From: a virus
Taxonomy: Duplodnaviria > Caudoviricetes
IMG/VR virus record: IMGVR_UViG_3300028797_000167
Location: 1,596-65,595 of that record
Direction: 5' to 3' (one strand)
Length of the DNA stretch: 64,000 nucleotides
Shown here: piece by piece, positions 58,816 through 64,000 of the stretch
Layout of the letters: the number at the start of each line of letters is the position of its first letter
How positions within the stretch are numbered: the first letter of the stretch is position 1
Translations under genes and position numbers: made by a program
The notes under the pieces: model-generated
What the model was told of the DNA's origin: nothing
Databases searched by the model: none
Seen by the model: the letters and a program-made list of their open reading frames with translations, nothing else

Positions 58816-58850
58816 AATAATCCCTATACCTTCGTGGTATAGGGATTATT
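58816..58850. terminator. Bidirectional terminator-like hairpin
   Basis: aataatccctatacc-ttcgt-ggtatagggattatt between convergent operons. Confidence 0.75.
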
Positions 58851-58889
58851 TATTAGAGATTATATCTCCGTTTGAGTGATAGGTAATAT

Positions 58890-60968
58890 TTAGTTGGTTG
58901 AGCCAACCTTACCAACTTCGATAGCAGTAAATGCAAGCTTAACTGTGCCGTTGTCGTTATAGATAACGATCTTGCAGTCAGAGCACGGGCCGATCAAGCC
59001 GATACCATTATAGATGATGGCCTTGTGGCTATTCGGATCAAATGCTGTAGACTGTGTGCCGCCAAATCTATTAGACGGAGTATAATAAGCTGTTGCGTTG
59101 TAGACAGCCTGCTTGGTAGTGACCGTATTGTCTGTTGCGACAATGGTTTCTGTACCAAGGAACCAGTACGTGCTAGACGTGCCGGAGGCTGTATAAGCAA
59201 TGGCGATTTCGTACGTTCCGCTAACATTATGGCGACAAGCAAGCATGTAAGCTCCAGCAAAGTCTGCGCCGGAGAGACGCTCGAAGCTATTACCAGCAGA
59301 TACCGGGGCGTTAAATACTCCACCCGGAAGGTTGGTCTGTATATAGTTATTCTGGTTAAGATGTAGGTTACGACCAACGCCATCAATCTGGATGCCAGTA
59401 TACTGAGACACACTAGTGTCCGTACGAGTCCACACTCCACTAGAGTTAAGCCCGTACTTGTAAGCGACGACGTAGCCTGAACCAGATCGGATGCACTCGA
59501 ACTCCATGCTTCCGTCAGGATTGTACTGAGAAAGCCTGAAGTCCTGATGGAGTGGGTTGTCTGCGGTCGGATAGACACGCAAGATAACCTCGTAGCCAGC
59601 CTGACGGTATCCATTAACCGTAGCGTAGGTGTCGCTAGTGCTTACGTAGACGATAGTCGGATCCGGATCAGTCCAAAGCGGATTGCCTTGACCATTAGGA
59701 AGATTTAGGATCTTCTTGGTGGTAGCACCCTGCGGAGCATTAGGTACAAGATATCCTACACCTACATCAGTTGAATCTATCTTAAGAGATACAGTTGTAA
59801 AGTCCTGGTCTATAGACAGTTTAGATGCCGTAGATTCAGAGGCTCCACCTTGGGTATTCTGTATCATTACCACTTCAGGGATCGTAGGCTTATTCTTAAT
59901 ATAATCATCAGCGGTTGTAGTCGTTTGATTCCAATCGCTTTGTACATTTACTTCAGCTCCAGCAGCTATGCCATCTAATTTATTCTTAAGGGTAGTGGTG
60001 AAGTTATTATCTGTATGGACATAGGATGCATCCTGCACTAAGTTAGATGGCTTATTCTTTATATAATCATCTGCACTAGTATTAGTCTGGTTCCAATCAG
60101 ATTGAACATTCACCTCTGCGCCAGCAGCGATACCATCTAATTTATTCTTAAGCGTCGTAGTAAAGTTATTATCCGTGTGTACATAAGAAGCATCTTGTAC
60201 TAGGTTTTCAGGCTTATTCTTAATATAATCATCAGCCGTAGAATCAGTTTGATTCCAGTTGCTTTGTACATTCACCTCAGCACCAGCTGCAATCCCATCT
60301 AGTTTAGATTTAAGCGTGTTGGTAAAGTTATTATCTGTATGTACATAAGAAGCGTCTTGTACCAGATTAGATGGCTTGTTCTTAATGTAATCATCAGCAG
60401 AACTATTAGTCTGGTTCCAGTCGGATTGAACGTTTACTTCTGCGCAAGCAGCGATACCATCTAATTTATTCTTAAGTGTCGTAGTAAAGTTATTATCCGT
60501 GTGTACATAAGAAGCATCCTGCACTAAATTAGAAGGCTTATTCTTAATGTAATCATCTGCGGTATTATCGCTTTGATTCCAGTCGCTCTGTACATTTACT
60601 TCTGCTCCGGCTTCAATACCTTCAAGCTTAGATTTAAGCGTGTTGGTAAAGTTATTGTCGGTATGTACATAAGAAGCATCCTGCACTAGATTGGCAGGTT
60701 TATTCTTAATATAATCCTGCTTAGTATTATCGCTTTCATTCCAGTCACTCTGTACCGGGGCTTCATAGGCGTTAGATATAGTATATACCTTTTGTCCGTT
60801 TGCACCTGTAGCTTCGCTGACATTTACGCCAGTGCCTTGTACAACTTCGGTCTTTGCGGCTAATACATCTGCACTAGATGCAGCGTCAATATTTCGTCTG
60901 GCTTGAGCCTTTTGGGTAGTGGTTAACCCTTGGTCAGTAGTCCATAGTACACTAGTATGTGTAGACAT
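58890..60968 (-). CDS. Long tail fibre with five 54-aa tandem repeats
   Basis: VQSDWNQ...DYIKNKP.NLVQDASYVHTDNNFT.TLK.KL.GI.AGAEVN x5 (162-nt period) plus a unique C-terminal tip. Confidence 0.75.
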   Translation of the reverse strand: MSTHTSVLWTTDQGLTTTQKAQARRNIDAASSADVLAAKTEVVQGTGVNVSEATGANGQKVYTISNAYEAPVQSDWNESDNTKQDYIKNKPANLVQDASYVHTDNNFTNTLKSKLEGIEAGAEVNVQSDWNQSDNTADDYIKNKPSNLVQDASYVHTDNNFTTTLKNKLDGIAACAEVNVQSDWNQTNSSADDYIKNKPSNLVQDASYVHTDNNFTNTLKSKLDGIAAGAEVNVQSNWNQTDSTADDYIKNKPENLVQDASYVHTDNNFTTTLKNKLDGIAAGAEVNVQSDWNQTNTSADDYIKNKPSNLVQDASYVHTDNNFTTTLKNKLDGIAAGAEVNVQSDWNQTTTTADDYIKNKPTIPEVVMIQNTQGGASESTASKLSIDQDFTTVSLKIDSTDVGVGYLVPNAPQGATTKKILNLPNGQGNPLWTDPDPTIVYVSTSDTYATVNGYRQAGYEVILRVYPTADNPLHQDFRLSQYNPDGSMEFECIRSGSGYVVAYKYGLNSSGVWTRTDTSVSQYTGIQIDGVGRNLHLNQNNYIQTNLPGGVFNAPVSAGNSFERLSGADFAGAYMLACRHNVSGTYEIAIAYTASGTSSTYWFLGTETIVATDNTVTTKQAVYNATAYYTPSNRFGGTQSTAFDPNSHKAIIYNGIGLIGPCSDCKIVIYNDNGTVKLAFTAIEVGKVGSTN

Positions 60969-60969
60969 A

Positions 60970-61200
60970 TTACTCCTTCATTTTAATTTCTTTAAGGTTA
61001 TACTTCAATATTAAGTCAACACTAGTTTTGATCGAAGCTAAGTCGGCTTTAATTTCAGTGATCGCTTCAGTCTTAGATTCTAGCTTATCGACTTTCTCGT
61101 TAAGCTCTTGAACTTGAAAGAATAGATAAGCCGCTAACACTGCAGCGGCTGTACCTACCTTCTTGCCTATACTATCTAATGCTCCCATAATGTCCTTCAT
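60970..61200 (-). CDS. Holin-like single-TM coiled-coil protein
   Basis: Homologue of 28345-28590. Confidence 0.45.
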   Translation of the reverse strand: MKDIMGALDSIGKKVGTAAAVLAAYLFFQVQELNEKVDKLESKTEAITEIKADLASIKTSVDLILKYNLKEIKMKE

Positions 61201-61211
61201 GTATACCTCCA

Positions 61212-62036
61212 CTATTTCCAAGAAGAAGGGATCTGCCTATATAGGCTTTGTGAATATGGATCCGGGTCTGTTACCGCACAGTTTTCAAAGCATCCATCTG
61301 TAGCAGACTGGCTGACTAAAGATAGTCCTGTATACATTGCATATGCAGTTTCACCTGTTAGATTTATACATCCCTTAAATGCATTAGTAAGATCGCAATA
61401 TCTTAAATAAGGTTTTTCATCCCAAGGATCTACTGCAATATTTATTCCTGTAAATCCACGTGGATAATTCCATGTAGACTCATCATCCCATCTAGTAAGA
61501 TCCACACCTGTAAGATTCATAAAGTTTTTCATATTTCTAACTTTAGGAACATTCAAGTATTGAAAATCTAAACTCACTGGTGTTTTATAAAACATCTCTT
61601 CCATAGACGTTACGTTAGCAAATTGTAAACCTGCTGTATAGTAAAATGCTTGTCCGTCATGTGGGGTAGGATTAATATTATAGAATAACTTATCCATATT
61701 AGTTACTTCACTTGCATTTATACTTATAACGTCTGTATATGATATATGATTAAAATGAGGATTTATTCCAAATATAGGTGAACCATTATTATTCCATACA
61801 GTATTTTCGTATGTCCATTCCCATACAGATCCAGATACATGATGCCATGTACCTTTACTCCATGAATAATCTAATGGATTAAATAGCTCGTTAGTATTTC
61901 TGTCTGTACCAAATTTGAATCTTATAGAATAAGGACTCGTAAATCGTTCGCTACTATCAGACAATTTTAAACGACTATCATTAAGCCCATAATATAATGG
62001 ACGTCCATTATAGGTTATATTTACATTCTCATCCAT
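61212..62036 (-). CDS. DUF285/BspA-like repeat protein
   Basis: Homologue of 28602-29390; shared C-terminus DPDPYSQSLYR.IPSSWK. Confidence 0.6.
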   Translation of the reverse strand: MDENVNITYNGRPLYYGLNDSRLKLSDSSERFTSPYSIRFKFGTDRNTNELFNPLDYSWSKGTWHHVSGSVWEWTYENTVWNNNGSPIFGINPHFNHISYTDVISINASEVTNMDKLFYNINPTPHDGQAFYYTAGLQFANVTSMEEMFYKTPVSLDFQYLNVPKVRNMKNFMNLTGVDLTRWDDESTWNYPRGFTGINIAVDPWDEKPYLRYCDLTNAFKGCINLTGETAYAMYTGLSLVSQSATDGCFENCAVTDPDPYSQSLYRQIPSSWK

Positions 62037-62042
62037 AAGTCC

Positions 62043-62867
62043 TCACTTTAAATCTGAAGGTATATTTGCATATGCAGTAGCATTTCCAAGATCACCACAT
62101 CTATAGCAAGCATCTGTCCAGCTGCTATGAGTTTGAAGTTGTTGCCAATATGTAGGATATACTACACCTGCATAGTTATTAGTAATATTTCTTTGATTTG
62201 TAAACATATAACTAAAATTTACTATATAACCAACTGTCTCAATATCAGGCCAAAGAATTGTAGGCACTGTAGTCAACCTATAAGGTGCGTTAGAATATCC
62301 TTGTGTATAGAATAAATGATCTAATGATCCATGGCATGTAGTACCATTATAGTACTTAACCTTTCTAAAATCTAAGGTGCTGTTAACGTACTTTACGGAG
62401 CCTACGCCTGTAGCTGCGCTGGATACAGCTGTCCTAAACATAGATGCAGCATCAGTTACATTGCTTGTATCTATCTTTTCAACGCCTTCTAGTCTATCCA
62501 TGTTATAGAATAATCCACGCATGTTAGTTACATTAGACGTTTCGCTGTCTATAATCTTGCACTTAACATTTTCTAATCGATTACTTCCATTTTTGGAAAA
62601 TATACTTCTATAATTATTATTCGTATCAGAACTTGTTAGGTTAGAAGGCAGAGTCCATATAGGATCGTTATAAGTCCAATCCCATATAGTATCAGACCGT
62701 TGAGTCCATGTTCCATAATCAAAGACATCATTCAATGGGTTATAATACTTACTGTCATCTAAGAATAAGAATCTTAAAGTATAAGGTGCTATAGAAGGCA
62801 GCGGCTCGGAAAGTACCTTGCCGCTGTTAAATAGCATATAATTATCTCTTGATATGTAATTATTCAT
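62043..62867 (-). CDS. DUF285/BspA-like repeat protein
   Basis: Homologue of 29398-30228. Confidence 0.6.
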   Translation of the reverse strand: MNNYISRDNYMLFNSGKVLSEPLPSIAPYTLRFLFLDDSKYYNPLNDVFDYGTWTQRSDTIWDWTYNDPIWTLPSNLTSSDTNNNYRSIFSKNGSNRLENVKCKIIDSETSNVTNMRGLFYNMDRLEGVEKIDTSNVTDAASMFRTAVSSAATGVGSVKYVNSTLDFRKVKYYNGTTCHGSLDHLFYTQGYSNAPYRLTTVPTILWPDIETVGYIVNFSYMFTNQRNITNNYAGVVYPTYWQQLQTHSSWTDACYRCGDLGNATAYANIPSDLK

Positions 62868-62903
62868 ATATGCTTTCCTTATTGCCAATATAGCATCTAT
62901 ATA

Positions 62904-64000
62904 TTAGGTTAAGAAACTAGTTGAGATTATTTCAAATACAATGCCTTTCTTATAGACAAATATATCCATATAACCATTAAAAGCAGTTGTAGTGCCTGTA
63001 GAGAATGTTTGGGTAGTATAACTATTTCCTACTTGTGGTATACTCATATGAGTAGTAGGAGACCATGAGGATGGATATGAATTATTAGATCCTGTTTGAA
63101 TATTTTTTGTAGTGTATAAAAAATATAACTTAGAAGTAGTAAATATACTATTTAAATTTTTATCTAATAGATAAATTGTTACACCGTTTCTATTTTGTAC
63201 AGATGGAATTTTTATTATACCATCAGAATTTAGTGCATTATCAGATAAAGAAATTCTACAGGTATGAGATGGATAACTTCCAGATATATTCCTTAAAAAG
63301 AAATTATTCGTATTCGTATTATCTATATCATAATGATGAGTAGTACCAGAACCTGTTATAGTTACACTAGTCCAATCAGAATCATATGTAGGACTAGAAC
63401 CACCACCTCCACTAGCAGTAGCCCATCCATAAGAACCTGCTCCGCCACTATATACGGCAGTGAGAACCTTTCCGTCGTCATTACTTGTTACAGTAGGCAC
63501 TCCGTCTGGTATAGTAGGCTTATTGCTTAAGTCATTATAAGACCCACTTGTAGCGACCGTGGCAAGATTAGGCTTATTAAGAATCTCGCTTACACCAGAA
63601 GAAGAGTTCCAGTCTGCATTGACTTGAGCAGCAGGAATTGTTGGTGTATTAGTAAGATCATTATAAGACCCACTTGTAGCCACCGTTGCAAGGTTAGGTT
63701 TATTCTGAATGTAGCTTACAGCCGTAGTGTCGGACTCTGTCCAGTTAGACTGAACTTGAGTGCCACCACCACCGCCACCACTTTCAGTTTCCCAGCTATA
63801 AGAACCAGTTCCACCACTATATGTAGCCTTAAGAACCTTTCCGTTATCAGAAGATGTAACCGCTGGCACACCGTCTGGTATAGTCGGAGTATTAGAAAGG
63901 TCGTTATAAGAACCAGTTGTAGCTACAGTTGCAAGATTAGGCTTATTAAGAATCTCGCTTACACCAGAAGAAGAATTCCAGTCAGCATTAACCTGCGCAG
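62904..64000 (-). CDS. Repeat-rich fibre protein, 5' end beyond right edge, with a C-terminal domain absent from its unit A counterpart
   Basis: Open frame continues past the track's 63869 start to the window edge; repeats match 31450-32415. Confidence 0.75.
   Translation of the reverse strand, partial: AQVNADWNSSSGVSEILNKPNLATVATTGSYNDLSNTPTIPDGVPAVTSSDNGKVLKATYSGGTGSYSWETESGGGGGGTQVQSNWTESDTTAVSYIQNKPNLATVATSGSYNDLTNTPTIPAAQVNADWNSSSGVSEILNKPNLATVATSGSYNDLSNKPTIPDGVPTVTSNDDGKVLTAVYSGGAGSYGWATASGGGGSSPTYDSDWTSVTITGSGTTHHYDIDNTNTNNFFLRNISGSYPSHTCRISLSDNALNSDGIIKIPSVQNRNGVTIYLLDKNLNSIFTTSKLYFLYTTKNIQTGSNNSYPSSWSPTTHMSIPQVGNSYTTQTFSTGTTTAFNGYMDIFVYKKGIVFEIISTSFLT
63874..64000 (+). repeat. Second copy of the 127-bp perfect repeat (may extend beyond the window)
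   Basis: Identical to 31916-32042. Confidence 0.95.

Larger units (their letters stand above)
32043..64000. mobile_element. Phage genome unit B, a diverged colinear copy of unit A (~32 kb)
   Basis: Gene-for-gene homologues of unit A at offsets of ~31.5-34.5 kb; own B-type intergenic motif at 35591-54767. Confidence 0.85.

Noticed and set aside
58994-59904. Alternative-frame and antisense ORFs in the fibre gene, and the many similar short ORFs in the track overlapping long genes
   Set aside because: Nested in well-supported genes, with no RBS, no homologue in the other unit and atypical composition
1-64000. Stop-codon reassignment
   Set aside because: Genes are long and tightly packed under the standard code, with no systematic in-frame TAG/TGA interruptions
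1-64000. Integrated prophage or host assignment (e.g. a rumen/gut anaerobe)
   Set aside because: No host genes, integrase, att duplication or tRNA in the window; AGGAG/GAGG RBS use only indicates an SD-using prokaryote, so the host cannot be named from sequence

Overview
The window contains only phage sequence. It holds two colinear, intact but clearly diverged copies of a ~32-34 kb P22-like podovirus genome in direct tandem: unit A at about <1-32,000 and unit B at about 32,000->64,000. Each unit has a long minus-strand morphogenesis operon: degenerate HNH-like protein, MuF-like mini-protein, putative TerS, TerL, portal, scaffold, P22-type coat, head-tail adaptor, gp10-like stabilisation protein, four ejection-type proteins, two head-binding tailspike/fibre genes, repeat-rich fibres, DUF285/BspA-like proteins and a holin-like gene. 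Each also has a very small plus-strand early module (YkgJ-like Cys-cluster protein, Tad2/DUF2829-like protein, a shared unknown domain) and an AT-rich divergent intergenic region. I recognise no integrase, polymerase, helicase, primase, repressor, endolysin, tRNA or host gene. Each unit has its own repeated intergenic hairpin+motif cassette (A: TTCAACTTCCCATTGTACAATA; B: AACTCATTCATTGAATA, read on the minus strand). Core genes are substantially diverged between units, while patches of the fibre region are DNA-identical, including a 127-bp perfect match at offset 31,958 that runs to the window edge. The main open question is whether this is a real heterodimeric or double-module phage replicon, or an assembly chimera of two co-occurring relatives. 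Family assignments come from motif recognition and synteny, not database searches.
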